Below are positions 36,965-50,879 of a DNA stretch of 64,000 bases, piece by piece (the first letter of the stretch is position 1; each line of letters starts with the position of its first letter). Source of the stretch: Tubiluchus corallicola (lineage: Eukaryota; Animalia; Priapulida); contig JAQGDQ010000014.1 of the NCBI GenBank assembly GCA_030141605.1, positions 1,302,001-1,366,000 on the forward strand, read 5' to 3'. The position numbers were made by a program, and so were the translations under genes. A model generated the notes under the pieces. The model searched no databases, was not told the DNA's origin, and worked only from the letters and a program-made list of their open reading frames with translations.

Positions 36965-38467
36965 CTGAAAGCAAAAGCAAAAATAATTTCAAAGTGCTGA
37001 CTTAAAATAATGTGTTCATGGAGAAAAAGAGATTAAAATGATTGTTTAGATATGTGTAAGTTTATGTTACAGTTGTATAAAATGAATGAATAATGGATCC
37101 AAGCACTTTTTGTAAATGGCATATTCTACTCTCTTTACTAAATTTTATTATTTTCCATTGAAGCTCGATTGGTGATAATATTTTAATGTCAAGTGGTGTG
37201 AAGCTCATTTCTCTTAGAAAGCAGTAATGTTTTCTGGTACAGTGCATTATGCATCCTGGAAAAAATTATCGTCAATATCACCAACATCACCATCAATATC
37301 AAAGGTGAGAACATGGTGTTACCGGTGTGAAGAGGAATTTTACGCTGACACTAGTATATTATTATATTATATAATACAGTACATATAATATAGTTATAAT
37401 TGTAATACAGCTAATAATAATAATAACAATATTACTTCCACAAATCTTCCTTTCATAAGGATATGAAATAACGGAGAATACGGATATAATCGAGACCCCA
37501 TTTCTGGTGTTCTAATGGATGATTTGCCAAAGCTATTCGTCCGGTATATGTTAACATGGGTAAAACAGCTTGCAAGGTCGTGTGTAAACAGAATATATAC
37601 GAACTTGTCTAAAACCAATTTGATCTGCATACACATTACATAATGCATGTGTGCGGGTACATATCATGTAACACACCTGCGAAATAACATGACCATTCAC
37701 CGAACCACTGTCGAATTAACTGGTATAGATAAGCTAACTAAAATGTTTTGGAATTAAAAACTGCAAAATCCGCAAAAAGAGCGTGCAGATATATGCAACT
37801 AAAAATTAAGGAATTAAAAGTTTCAATCTGGGCTCAATCTTTTAGTTTCGCAACTGTTTTGTACTAAAGCGCAATAGTTAAGCACGAGAAAAAGCAGTAC
37901 CTTACGAAAAGGCGCTATTAAACATACAAAAGAGAGAAAAGGAAAGCAAATTAATGGACGTAAACCATCTCCACCACCATCTTTCAGAAAATTCAGTGAT
38001 AATTTTAGAAAATCGAAATCAAAATGCAAGTTTTGTACTTGAACAACGTTTTGTGAAACACATGTCAGTGCACTAAATACATTTCTACAACCTGCTGCTG
38101 ATTACTGTACCACTGCAATGGAATGTCGCAAATTTTACTGGTTTTATTTAGAGGGAAAACCTTTAGGCATATGGCGGGCCTAACCCTAACAATGATGTAA
38201 TACTTTAAAGTCACTGAGAGTAGTTCCACTGCCGGAATGCTTTTACTCCAGTTAGTGTTCCTATCGGTGATATTGGCTCAATACTGTGGTTCATCAAAAC
38301 TATTTGGACTCATCCACCCATAAATGTAATAACAAAAGAATTTACTCGGGCTAAGGCCCGTATCGTTATAGATCTTGTAAAATTGCCATATCAGTAACCG
38401 CTGTCTAGTTATTGGGTGTGTCCGCATCTTTGGTGTCTCTTTGTATTTTGTGACATCTTTTTGTATT

Positions 38468-38691
38468 AATTGTAAAAGAATAAATTAAAATGGCCATAAA
38501 TCTCAAAAAATTCTTTATTTTTTCTTCAGAAGCTTTCGTCCTTTCGGACTTCATTAGCTGACATCCATTAGATGTAGCTAAGATCTTTAAGATCTTGTAG
38601 CTGATGAAGTCCGAGAGGATGAAAGCTTCTGAAGAAAAAAAATAAAGAATTTTTTGAGATTTATGGCATTTTAATTTCTTCTTTTACGATT
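38468..38691. mobile_element. Inverted repeat (~92-bp arms) with minimal hammerhead motifs, Penelope-like pLTR remnant
   Basis: Arms 38468-38559 and 38599-38691 are near-perfect reverse complements; an 18-bp direct repeat tctttttgtattawttgt lies at 38456 and 38730. Confidence 0.75.
38594..38634 (+). ncRNA. Minimal type I hammerhead ribozyme motif
   Basis: CTGATGA (38601-38607), extra A, stem II GTCC-GAGA-GGAT, GAAA (38621-38624), palindromic AGCT helix III, predicted cleavage after 38628; helix I cttgtag/ctgaag. Confidence 0.65.
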
Positions 38692-41099
38692 ATGACCATG
38701 GCAAATCTCAGAAGAGCACTATCTTAGTTTCTTTTTGTATTATTTGTGAATTAACAATACACAAATACAAGCAACATCATCAAGCTCCGTACCGTCAGTT
38801 GCACAATTTACAGTTACATGTTTGCGCTCCTGAAATTGATATACTAGAACATGTAATTAAAATTGCTGCAATTTTCAGTTGTGCAAGTGAAAATTGCATG
38901 TTTGAGTACACAAAACAGCTTGAAGGGACAACCTGGACCGAAAACGCTGGTGATATGGTCTGCGTTGCCCATTACAAAAAGCTCTCATTCTAAGCAATTT
39001 GGCTTTAATAGTGCTCAGCAAGCAGCAACGCGGTGTTATTAGCATTGTTAGCCCGCAACAACAGGATGTTCCTTGTCTAGGGCAATCCACGTACAGAAGG
39101 TATGAACGTATAATTTCTTTCTACAACATTTTGCATATTGTAATATTGTGTCTTTAGGCTTTTAGTCATGTAATCACTGGCATTTATTATAACCTATGAA
39201 TACATAGAACGCCCTGTAGGCTTGTGAAGACAGTAAGGCTTAGTATGATGTAATGCCAATTCGACTAATAGGTACAACCTCATTTTTGTGCAAATATATA
39301 AAATGTGTTCTCTAATAATTGTGCACATTTTAATAAAGTTGTTATTGCTCATCGGGTGTGAAACACAACTATGTACGAAACAGAAGAGCTAATTTCAATA
39401 AACGTATTCAAGCAAGCAATTGTGAAAATAAATTACTTTATAACTGAAGGAGTTTCAGTCCTCCGGAAACGGTTCTTCGTCTCTGCTATTTCACTTCAAA
39501 AACAGCAAAATTGAACAGGAAATACACAACTGCCAACAGTCAGATTCTGAACAAAACCCAAAGGTTGTGACAATGACGGTTGTATGATGATTGTGTATTG
39601 CCAAGTTTCTGATGGAAATAAATAATCAACGCTAAGAAACTTTCCATTTCTGACCAAAAACTACAAACAAATCCAGGGTTGAGGGATGATCAGAATCTGG
39701 CCAAAATCCAATATTGTGGGACGGTCAGAATCGGACGTTGTCATAACGTTTTCTCAACCGTTTGTGTCCGTTGGTTCATCACATGTTTATTATGTATTTT
39801 TGGTATAGATGTCAACAAAAAGAAAATACCGTGTAGCTAATTAATCAATTTAATTACCATTCAATCGTTGACAGTGATTCAAACGTGGGAATCTTTTTAC
39901 TTCAGCATTTTAATTACGAATGTAGTTAAATTTAATTAAGAACGAATGCAGATATATATGTTACTCTTGGAGTTACTCTATATTGCTTTTAGACGCAAAA
40001 CAATCACATAGATTTTACAAAGAAAAAAATGAATTTCTAAAGCATTTAATTCATTATGTACCAGGCCTAGCTGAAGCACTGACCTCTAAAGGTTATAATT
40101 ATAAGGTCCTGTACTAAAGGGATAACCTAATTGAAAATTTCCGTTCAGGATCTTTGCAGTTCTTTAATTAGCTTATGTACATCTGTACATGATGATTACT
40201 CCCTCTCTTGTACTAATTGCAGAATGTAATAAGAAATGTCAACAGTCTTCTGTTGCACTAAAAGCCCATTAGTAACAAATGAGTGGAGCCTACACAAAGT
40301 CAATAATTCTGATTCCCAGGTAAGACGTTTTAAACAAGCTCCGTTCATCAGCAAGGTATAGCAGTAAAGCATAATCGGCAGAGTAAGTTACGTAACATGA
40401 TAAGCTACATCTATCTATCAGTGATCAATAATGCGCAAACCATTCCACACAATGTTCTACGCATCCTTCTACTCAGGGAATAATGGATGACCTGAAGATG
40501 AGTCTCACAAAAATAACAAGGGTTAACAGATCTATTAACCTGCTAAAGAACAGAAGATTAACATCAACATGGTAGCGACGCACTTATGAACTAATGTTTT
40601 GGTATCATTACCAAAAAGTTTTACATGACTTAATACAATTCTTGTAGAACTTCTACATTCTCTTTCCAGGGATAACTACCAGGTGCCCAAACAGTTACAT
40701 TTACTGCTTATAAAAGTTTGAACTCTTATTCTGAAGTTACTTGGCATAATACGAAAAAGCGATTTTTTTATTACACTGACATGATAGGCCATTCTTTGCT
40801 GATCTAATTACCCTCATTTAACTGACTAATCATACGACGATTTAAATCATAATCATCATAATATTACAATGTATTTCAGCATATTAAACCTTCCATTATC
40901 TGCGGCCCAATGTTACATTCTTTATCTGCTAATTATTATCAATGAGCAAATTTAGTTTGCGTGAGGGGGATTGTAGGACCAAGTCGTCATTTATACATTC
41001 CCCTTAGACCTACATATTAGATGGTATATTTAGTTCGTGGGGCCCATAGAAGAATTATGTAACTATTAATAATGTAACAAGACAAAATGATTATTAGTA

Positions 41100-41640
41100 T
41101 AAAGAAATAAGGATTAATTTCCGGCTCCGACGACGGCACCATTTTAGACGATCTATACGTCAAATGAACAGTCTCCACCCAAGGGTTCGCACCTGGGTGT
41201 TTATTTTTCGAATCGGGCCCACCAGGAGGAACAGGGACCGAAAAATCTCCAAAAAACGCCCTTATTTGACCGTTTTTCGCAAAAAATTGTAAAACTTATA
41301 CCTCTTATTTCTAGAGAACGTGAACCTGCCGAGCGCGGTGCCGGTAAATGGTTGAATAGCCCATTCAACGGTGGGTGTAATAGTCATATTTAGATTTTGC
41401 GGGAGGGCAAATAACACCCGGTACGGGCATTTTCCCGGACCTAACTACGCAAATTGCTAAAAACTGCTCAAATAGCCTCTAGAAAAACTCAATTTATGCA
41501 ACTGTTTGGGCAAGTTAAGAAAAAATAAGCAAACTCGTGGAAAGAGGTCGAAATCTTCACAAAGTGCTGGTGGTTTCACGAGGAGAGATGTATACTGGGC
41601 GAAACGGAAGGGGTGTATTTCGAAGTTCTTTTTCTACCTA
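41100..41640. mobile_element. Probable DNA-transposon remnant (GC-richer, CpG-containing block)
   Basis: Start aatttccggctccgac resembles aattctggctccgac near 13054; abrupt composition change; no paired TIR found. Confidence 0.35.
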
Positions 41641-42529
41641 TTGTGCTGCACGCTGTTCGGGAACATCCATTGTCTTTGAGTTTGAGAAATTTCGCAGCTG
41701 TTCTAGGCATTGTCTCCACCCGTCATTCTACAGTGTTATAGATTGTACATACAAATAGGTGCTGTTAGCTTATTATCATCTGAGGAGCAGCAAAACAAAA
41801 CTATGTTGAATGTCCGCGCATTATTGATCATTGGTAGATAGGTTCAAGAGCATTTGCTATGGCACACTGTTTCGACTTTGTGCAAAATCGTTTGAATGGT
41901 TTTGCTGTGATGCTGTGCTGTTGTAGGTGTCGTCATCGTTGTCGCCATCACTATCACCATCGTCATCAACATCATGATCACCATGTGAGGTGGTGGATTT
42001 GATTTGGAGTGGGTGGTGTGGTGTGTGGGTTGTGTGGTGTGAGTGGTGTGGCAAGTGTGGGAGGTGTAGTGTTGTGGGGTGGTATGGTGCGAATGGTGGT
42101 GTACTGTGGATTATCTGCTCATTTATCTGCAAAATTCTTTTTGCGGGGTTTGGCTAGTTTTAAAATTAATTTACAAATAAAGATACCATTGTTTGGAAGA
42201 AAATGAAAGTTAAAAAAATAGTCAAACAAGAGAATTTCAACCGATAACGGTCTGTTGTCATATCAATGTTAATGAGACTTTCATTTTCAGTTAAACTACA
42301 ATAATTATATAAATACCATATGAACAGTTGGACTGATACTACTTGAAAAGATCATTACCAGTAAATTACTGAGGCAGGCTGCGCTGACAAGGAAATTTGG
42401 CTGAGCCAATGCAGAATTAATAGTAAAGCTATTAGTCCATATGTCTTATATAATTTATGTCATTATGTAAGCAAAAAAGAAAATTGTAAAGTCACACATG
42501 TAAAAAAAGACAGACACGCAAATAGACAC

Positions 42530-44050
42530 ACATGAATAAAAAAAATAAAAAAACCTCTGCACGGAATAATATTTGCTGATTAAAAAATTCTTATAGCATT
42601 CAGAAGCAGGAAAGGAAATTATATTATGAGGCATGTTGTTCCATAATATAACTCCATTGTGCTGTAATGAACTTAAACCATAAGTTGCATTAAATCGTTT
42701 TTGAAAAAAGTGATCCCTACTGGATTACAATAAAGTAATTAGTTTAAAGTTCAGGTAATTGGTGATTGTTGAATTTGTACATTAATTTGAATAGTTCGAG
42801 TTTGTAAATAAGATAGTGTTATATGGTCTCTATCATTAGCAAAGGTCATAAATTTAACTATTTTGTTCTGTAGTGATTGATACTAATGGTTGCAATATGT
42901 ATCGCGTAGTTTGCCACCACGACAACATGCAGTGCTGGAGGTAAGGATACACTAAGGCAAAGTAGATCATTTTCAAAATATTCATATTCACAAAGTGTCT
43001 GAGCTTTGCAAAAATACCCGCTGTTTTATTTAATTTAGATGTTACAGTAGAAATGTAATTATGTATCTTAATATCTATGTGTAGTCCATAGTATTTTATA
43101 CTGCTACCTTGAAATAGAGGTATCTTACCAATTTAAGATCAAAAGTGGAATAATCCTCTTGAGAAAGTTTACTACTAATTAACATGTATTTAGTTTTGGA
43201 GCAGTTAACAGATTTGTTTGCTTTTATCCAGTTATCAACCTTGGTCAACTCATTGTTAGTACGGTGTTGTAATGTTAATAAATTAGCAGATGTAAGGAAA
43301 AGGCTGTGTCGTCAGGAAAAATATGTGTGTGAAATTCGGTAGCAAGAAGAAGATCATTAATGTAAATCAGCAAAAGCAGTGGTGCCAAAGTGGAACCTTG
43401 AAGTCACATTTTACAGCCAGCAAATCGGAACAAATGATGTTAATTTCAGTAAACTGTTTTCTGTTAGAAAGATAAGATTTAAGAAAATCCAGGATAGGGC
43501 CTCTGATTCCATTGTAATTTAGTTTATTTATCAGAATAGCATGCTGTAGCTCTAAGAATATTAAGAAAATCCAGGATAGGGCCTCTGATTCCATTGTAAT
43601 TTAGTTTATTTATCAGAATATCATGCTGTAGCTCTAAGAATATTGCACAGGTGATTAGTTTTTTATCCAAGTTTAGAGGCACGTTTTCAACAAATTCAAC
43701 AGTGGCTAAGGATGTAAGATAACTCTTGCAAAAGCCAAATTGAAATTTAGTTAGTACATTATAAGATGTAAAGAAATTATTAATACGATTACAAATTATA
43801 TTTTCAAATACTTTCAACATAGGTGACAAGAGAGATATTGGGCGCTAATTTGATGGGTTATTCGTATAGTTGTTTTTGTACAAAGGTTTCCCTTTGGCAG
43901 TTTCAAGACAGTTTGGAAATGTTCCTTCAGTAATTACTGCAAAGTATTGACACAATTATGTCTGCGACTAATTCGTAAAAGTTAACTGGAACATTTGGCG
44001 GGTCAGGTGATTTGTTTTCATCAAGATTCTTTAAAGATAGTTGTTTCGAT
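42530..44050 (-). mobile_element. Degenerate L2/CR1-group LINE RT fragment
   Basis: RPISLLSPMLKVFE, QFGF, LLAVKC and IFPDDT (degenerate FADD) motifs with frameshifts; an internal 82-bp tandem duplication starts at 43479 and 43561. Confidence 0.85.
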
Positions 44051-46098
44051 TTCAGAGACAGGACAGAAGAAAATAGATTTATCATTTGTATATACATTAT
44101 ATATTATATTGCCAGTATCAGGTACTACAAAAACTGTGTGACTGATATACATTCACATAAATATTGTATGTTCTGGAGAGCGGGAGAATTTTAGAAGGAG
44201 TGTAATGCTTTCGACATTTGTACAACTAACATTAATAAAATCCCTTCTGAAATTTTATTGTGTACGAAAAATAAAATTAGCAATTTTTTGTGTAAACGCT
44301 GGACACAAAAGTTTCTTATTGAATCACATATGGAGGGTAGAAAAGCATATCCAAATATGCTGGATATAAAACCGTTACAACTGCCTATGGATTTAAATAG
44401 AAACAACAAAATTGCATGTCACAACTTTTTTGTGGGGACAAGGTAGCTTTACTGCCTTTTCTGAACCATCGTATGTTACATCACAGATACTGGGTGCAAT
44501 GGTGGAACAGAATTCCAGACTCCCTTTACTATGTTAGTACCCTCTAGTCAATATATTTACAAGACATGAATTTGTTTGTAAATTGAAGATAATATTTAAC
44601 ATACACATATTAAAAGAGACAATTAATGAATTAATGACAACACTTGTAAAACTAATATGCGATCTTTTTATTTAGAAAACTGTATTGAGGAAGTCTATTT
44701 AAAGTGCATCAATTTAATTAATAGTCTTTCGTACATTTAAAAATAAAGTAATTAACAATATAGCTAGGCGATACTTTGAAAGTTTCTGATGCCAAGTATT
44801 ATTATTGCCATTATTAACGATTCTGTATAACTGTAGTATTTTTATTTAGTAATAATTTCTATGTACTATTCACTTTTGTGAATTTGTAATATTGTCTTAA
44901 ATGTTGTCTTAGTTTGTACGTAAATAATTATTGTACTTTAATTGTACCTTAGTGCCTCTTTCCCCTCTTTACCTTTCTCTATGGTAATACTGACACCAAA
45001 TTATCTCCAACAACGCACATAATATAATAATTTCAAATCTACTTTGGAAAGGTTACTCACAGTGTAATTAGGGACAAAATAATATGGATGGATGGCTCAT
45101 TTACCTGCACATTAATCTCAACTATAGCAAAGCAAATTAGTGACCTTTTCTGCAGAATTCTTCAATGAAACTGGATAGACGCATAAGGCCTTCCTGCAAG
45201 CTAATCAATAACACTAACATGAACTTCTGTTAAAAGACAAGTAAAAGCCGCTAATGGAATTAGATACTCTGCTAAACGCCAGAAGGTTTAGAATTTCGGA
45301 AATAATTTAAACAGAAACTTCAAAGCAACAGTGAGTTTGAAAATGGTATCATAGCAGAACAAAGTTAATTGATTGCACAGTAGCTAGTTCACAGAAAAGA
45401 GGCACATTTTTAATTAAAAACTTCACCTAAGATTATTTTTAGGATTGCCAGCAGTGGATAGCCGCCTAATATCTTGGCTGTGAGGGCACTTTGTGGAGAG
45501 TCCAGTTAAGCCATAAACTAGTGAAGCACGGTAATTATACTGATGATCGCTCACCTTAACACGGTGATTCTTGTGAATCTGTTTTAAGGATATTGTGATT
45601 GAAACATAAGGTTTCTAACCCAAATGAATTGTCACAGATTTTATCAGGAAGTTTTGGTCAACATTGGAAGGCATTTGGAACAGCCTCCTTGACCACTATT
45701 TTGCCTGTAGTGGGACCAAGGAACAAGCCAATCTCAGCATAACTTATACCACTCAATTTGTCTCATGAGGTCTTTGTTCGATGTACTACAAGCCATTATT
45801 CCTCAAGACTGGCAAAACATCTATGTTACCCACTCATTTTCAGTATAATTGTATTTACCCCTGGTGGAAATTAAAATTTGCTTTTAAATTGCTTCCTGAG
45901 TATGCCATATATTGATTATCTTGAATAATATCAACAAATGTCTTGCAGGTGCTGTTGTCCTTTACGATTTATGATCATATAATAACATTGCCTTTTCCCA
46001 CTATTGTGTTACTTAAACTTGGCTTAACATTTTTTTAGTTTTTTGGCCTAAACTTGTAATGGTTAAAAACGATTATATACTATAGTCATTATACTGAC

Positions 46099-46233
46099 CC
46101 TTACTAACGCCATCAGGTCCACGTAGCACCGTGCATTCTTCTATAGACCCGTAAGGAGCAAACATTGCCCGCACGTCAGTTTCATTAAGCTTTTTGGATA
46201 TCATACCAATGAACAGTTTTCTATGCTCCGTAC
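46099..46233 (-). CDS. CELF1/2: CELF1/2 exon, first half of RRM2
   Basis: ttgttgcag acceptor, GTCAGT donor, 135 nt; [45 protein letters not shown], cf. CELF1 [12 protein letters not shown]...LRGPDGLSRG. Confidence 0.97.
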
Positions 46234-46799
46234 CTGCAACAAAAATCTTGAGAATTAATATTGAATAATGAGCAAATTATAAAAAAACAAGATTTTAAAT
46301 GTCAATTTAAGCCTTTAATATTCAGACAGATTGGGTTTACATACATATGTTACAACAATAGAAGTCGGTGGGTAAATAGGGGCATCTAGTCGTGTTTGTA
46401 AGTGATGCATCTAACTCTAAGATAACCCTAACCTAACTATAACCCTAACTCTAACCCTAATATATCGAACAAAATGTGATTTTTCTCACATACATGTAAT
46501 ATCATCATATATAAATAGTTTTGCCAATATATAAAAGTCACGTTAATAACCGATTTAAAATGTTCTGTTTTATTACTTTAATTGTTTATGGCACTTAAAC
46601 TGTGACGGACTTTAATATTTTTGTTTAATTTCCTGACTTTCTTTCCTACTTATCTGGAGGAGGACTTGAAAGCTTAATGCTCCTTCCTCCTCCTCAGAGT
46701 GACTCGTTTATTTTATTCTATAATGTAATAACAATTTGTATGTATGTTTATATGTTGCTGTGGAATAAATTCAAAATTCAAAAAATTCCTACACAAAAT

Positions 46800-47830
46800 T
46801 GTGCCTTTTTCTGGCCACCATAAATTAATTCTGACTTTTTTCCTGTGGTCAGATGTCAGATTAGCATTTTTGACAATTGCGAAAATAGGCAAGTGGTCCG
46901 CCACTTCATAAGTTATTATACCCGATACAGTAGGATTAATCAGACCATTAGTATAGATATGGTCTATTAGGGTCCTAGAGTTTTTTGATATTCTTGTTGG
47001 TCTTGTAATTAGAGGAACAAATTGAGTAGAAAATAATACATTTAAGTAATTAGAAATATATGATATGCTCTTGAACTGCAGTAAATTTAAATTAATGTCA
47101 CAACATATGTAACCTATAGTACCAGATTGTTGAATAGCAGTTAACACACGGTCCATTTCCTCTATAAAATGTGTAACAGGTGTATTTGGATGTCTATATA
47201 TAAGGCCAAATTATATACTCTTCGAATTGTTTAATGTTGATACGCGAATCCAGAGATCTTCTAAATTAATTTTTGAGATTTCAGTTAATACTTTGCCCTG
47301 CCTGTTTACTTTTGTTATTTCTTTTTCAGTCACTATTTTATATGAATTATTTACAGAGTAGTTTAAATTATCTCTAATATAGACACCGATGCCACCAGCA
47401 TAGGATTTAGAATTAATACTCAGAAAAACGTACCGTAGTTGTTCAAGTTGCACATAAATGATGAATTATCTTTCAACCTAGACTCAGAGACGGCGATGAT
47501 TTCGGGCGGTTGAGGGAAAGTACTGAGGATGTCAGTCAAGTTACCAAAATGTTTTTGCAAGCTACTTACATTAAAGTGAACTATTAGTAAATCCGAAGTA
47601 TTTTTGTTATAATTAGAAGTTGATTTGAGAGTATTTAGATTAACATACTTACTATCGTAGTTGTTCCCATAATTATCTGGGTCTGGGTCACTTGGATCCC
47701 ACCTGTTAGTTGATAGCGAAGAGCACTCAGACAGACAAGACAGTGACAGAGAGTTAGTTAAAGGAGAAGACACTTAACTAGTATGTTGATCCTTCCGCCT
47801 GGTTTCTGCCGCTTAGGCTCTGGCGCACAA
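46800..47830 (-). mobile_element. LINE apurinic-like endonuclease domain fragment (3'-truncated)
   Basis: Motifs HFNVSSL, IIAVSESRL, GGIGVYI, YRHP, CDINLNLL, PTRI...TLIDHIY and DHLPIF across ORFs 47420..47773, 47211..47453 and 46713..47156. Confidence 0.88.
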
Positions 47831-48015
47831 ATACGATCAGAATTTTAAAGGTCGACAAGCATACATTATCCCGGGAACAGAAAGCTGAATGAACGGGAAT
47901 GAAAGCTGAATGAATGATCAGAGAATTAAAAAATAATTCTTTCAAAAGTACAATCTAAACAATCTAAATCCTTTACTCTGAGTGTTGACAGTTATGGAAT
48001 AAGACACACGTCATA

Positions 48016-48020
<5 letters not shown>

Positions 48021-48108
<88 letters not shown>
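48021..48108. repeat. (GA)n microsatellite
   Basis: Direct reading. Confidence 0.95.
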
Positions 48109-48110
<2 letters not shown>

Positions 48111-49145
48111 ATCATAATTCACAGTACAGACAAGTGGGATAGATCATAGATCTATCAGACTACGGCGTCGTGAAGTCTTGATATGCCGCTGAGTTAACCA
48201 GTTAAGTTTACTCTATGCCGGTGCTAATACACCATGTAATAAATTTTACTATTGTTCAGAGGAAGTAAAAAGTATCCTATTGCAGTGGAATTTATTGTAG
48301 CATCATATGGATATCCGATAGGAAATATAATATTGCGAAACTCAGATTGGCGTATAATGTAGTTTTACATATGTGTATATAAAAAATAACACTTTAAAGT
48401 ATTAATGAGGAAGAGTTGCTATAGTTTAAGAAGTAGCATTCTTGCAAGTAAAAATGACATTCTAGTTCTGGCTGTATAACTCTCGTGTTTTATTTGAGTC
48501 TCCATTTTTTAAAAACTTCCAAAACATTTTATGTGATCATTTTGCATTGTAAATTTTAGGCAAGTTTTTCAATATGCATTTTACATTTTAACTTAGTAAT
48601 TTTATCTTAAAGTTGTCATAGAATAAAATTGTGAAAACACAGCTAGTGGATTCTTGGGTGTGTTCAACGAGAAAAAAACTGGACAGCATGACAGGGCTTG
48701 TTGGCTTGCTTAGTGCATTGAAATCATAATTGTTTCATTAATTTGGACATGAGGTGTGCATGTCCTAACTACTGCGTGCTAGCCTATATGAGTTAATGTG
48801 GCTTTAATTGAAATGTTTTTGTGAGTCAAAATAGTAATACTAAAATAATTATTATCATTGCAGAAATACTAGCTTCCAGCCAAGGCTAAACACAGTTTTC
48901 ATGATATTTAAGCCTAATCGTTACCTTCAATTACTGTATGTTTTAGTCCAGAAAGTTGTGGCTACCAGCTTACCAAAAGATCACAGATTTTATTCGCGGG
49001 AGCACCTTAGACATTTTTACCGTACAAGTCATATAGTTTCCATATGAGGTAGAATCTCATTCGATTGCTTAATATTGTTTATATGCTTTTTATGTTTTTT
49101 TATGTGCTTTTTTACTTTTTCTTGTACTTTTGTGCTTAAGTACTA

Positions 49146-49307
49146 TAATATAATACGATATAATGTAATGTAGTGCAGTGCAGTGCAGTACAGTACAGCA
49201 CAGCACAGCACTGCACAGCACAGCACAGCACAGCACAGTACAGTACAACACAACACAACACAACACAATACAATACAATGCAATATAATGCAATGCAATG
49301 CAATGCA
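49146..49307. repeat. Compound pentanucleotide microsatellite
   Basis: Successive 5-mers TAATG, CAGTG, CAGTA, CAGCA, CAACA, CAATA, CAATG; source of ORFs 49090..49320 and 49183..49386. Confidence 0.95.
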
Positions 49308-50879
49308 AGGTGTTAGACAAGGTGAAAAATTATCTGGGAACGTAGCAAGTAGAACAGGGGTACGCGATTACATTCCAGGCGCGTGAAAACTTAATGGATA
49401 AGATTCTGTGACCTACACAAAGCTTTTGGCTAACGAAGCCGCTAAAGTTAGTAATTGAGATTTTATTCGTGATACGGTAAATGACAACTTGGTTTAAATA
49501 AAATTATACAACAACCAAATTTTAAACATATTATGAGCAATATTTTCAGTTAAAGATTTAAAGTAATCTTCCTTTTGGGGAAACTTACTTGCACACAAAA
49601 ATGAGAGAAATGTTTCCTACAGTGTCTAAAAATGTAGGAGCACTTTTCAAAGAGTGCTGTCTGAAAGACATTTCAAACTTCAGATTTCGTATTCATGTTA
49701 GCGTCTAAAAAACTGGAAGGCAAAAAAAGCATTCAGTCAATTAAAGGTTTTTAAAGCAACACTGAAGGAAAAATGCGATAGGGTGTCAAAATGTAATTTA
49801 GACATTGACGTTAACACATCTCATATTTAAAAACTGATCAAAAGCAAAACTGTACAGGCAAAAATAGGCTACATCGTTTTAGCATGATGTCACTGGTATC
49901 TCTAGCGCATTTAACAGTGCATAAGCGTATGCAGTAAAGCACAAATAAAATGCTACTGTATCAGGAATTTTCTCTCTAGAATTTAAGCAAATTACCTGAG
50001 ACTATACACCACCAAACAGTCTAGCCTACAGATATCCCAAATAGAGGATTCCACAAACCAATTATCTTCAAATTTCATTCATTCATGAATGAGTTATTAA
50101 TGAAATATGCGTTAACTAGTGTGTGATTTTATTTGCGTTTTCTCTACACGTTTTTTATTTCAGTTTTTCATTAACTGAACGTATTTTTATTGTAAATATT
50201 TTTGTAGTCTGTTTTTAACTTTTTTATGTCTGCTATGTAGTTCTGAATTCATGTACGAATGAAAATAATATATATATTTGATGCACTAGACTTTTCTTTG
50301 AGGGACAATCTTTTATTATAGGTGAGATATTTTAAAGCAAATGAAATAATGCACTATGCATTCGAACCATATAATTGACAATAAATGTAAAACTATGAAT
50401 CACTGACAGCATGCGAAGAAATTTAAAAAATGAACAAGCGTCAACATCTGTGTCTTGAAAGCAAGCGGTACACCAGTACTCAAGTTAGCAAGAATGTTTC
50501 TGCCTTGTTTTACAACATGTGCAGCACAAGCTCTTGACAAGTGCGTAGAGAAAAACACTGAAGAGTTTTTTTAAGGAAGAGCAACTGTTAAAGTCAGAAG
50601 ACAGCCACATATTAGTAAGGCAGCGGTGGTCAAAACATCTGGTAAAGAGGCCACAATTAAATGCTTTCACAACAGGAGATTGCTAACACGAATATGTAGC
50701 CCGTTACATAAACTTACATACTAGGTTTCCGAAACAAAATCCTGGGTCAAGAAATCCTTTCCCCGATATTTGTATCTAATGCAGAGATTCAAACTCCATT
50801 CTTTATAAAATGCAGTTGCATATATAGTAGCCTGCTAGTAATAGATGCCTCACCCGGGAAGTTGTTATCATGCCAAAGT

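Noticed and set aside
39444-39475. Hammerhead-like CTGAAGG...GAAAC
   Set aside because: Core is CTGAAGG rather than CTGANGA and helices I/III are unconvincing.
41857-42132. His/Pro/Asp-rich 91-aa ORF as a coding CELF exon
   Set aside because: Its open frame needs phase 0 but the host intron is phase 1 (G|AT AAA TGA gives an immediate stop); composition is low-complexity.
46413-46459. Interstitial telomere or telomerase RNA template
   Set aside because: Only a few degenerate TAACCC units of the kind found inside MITEs in this window.
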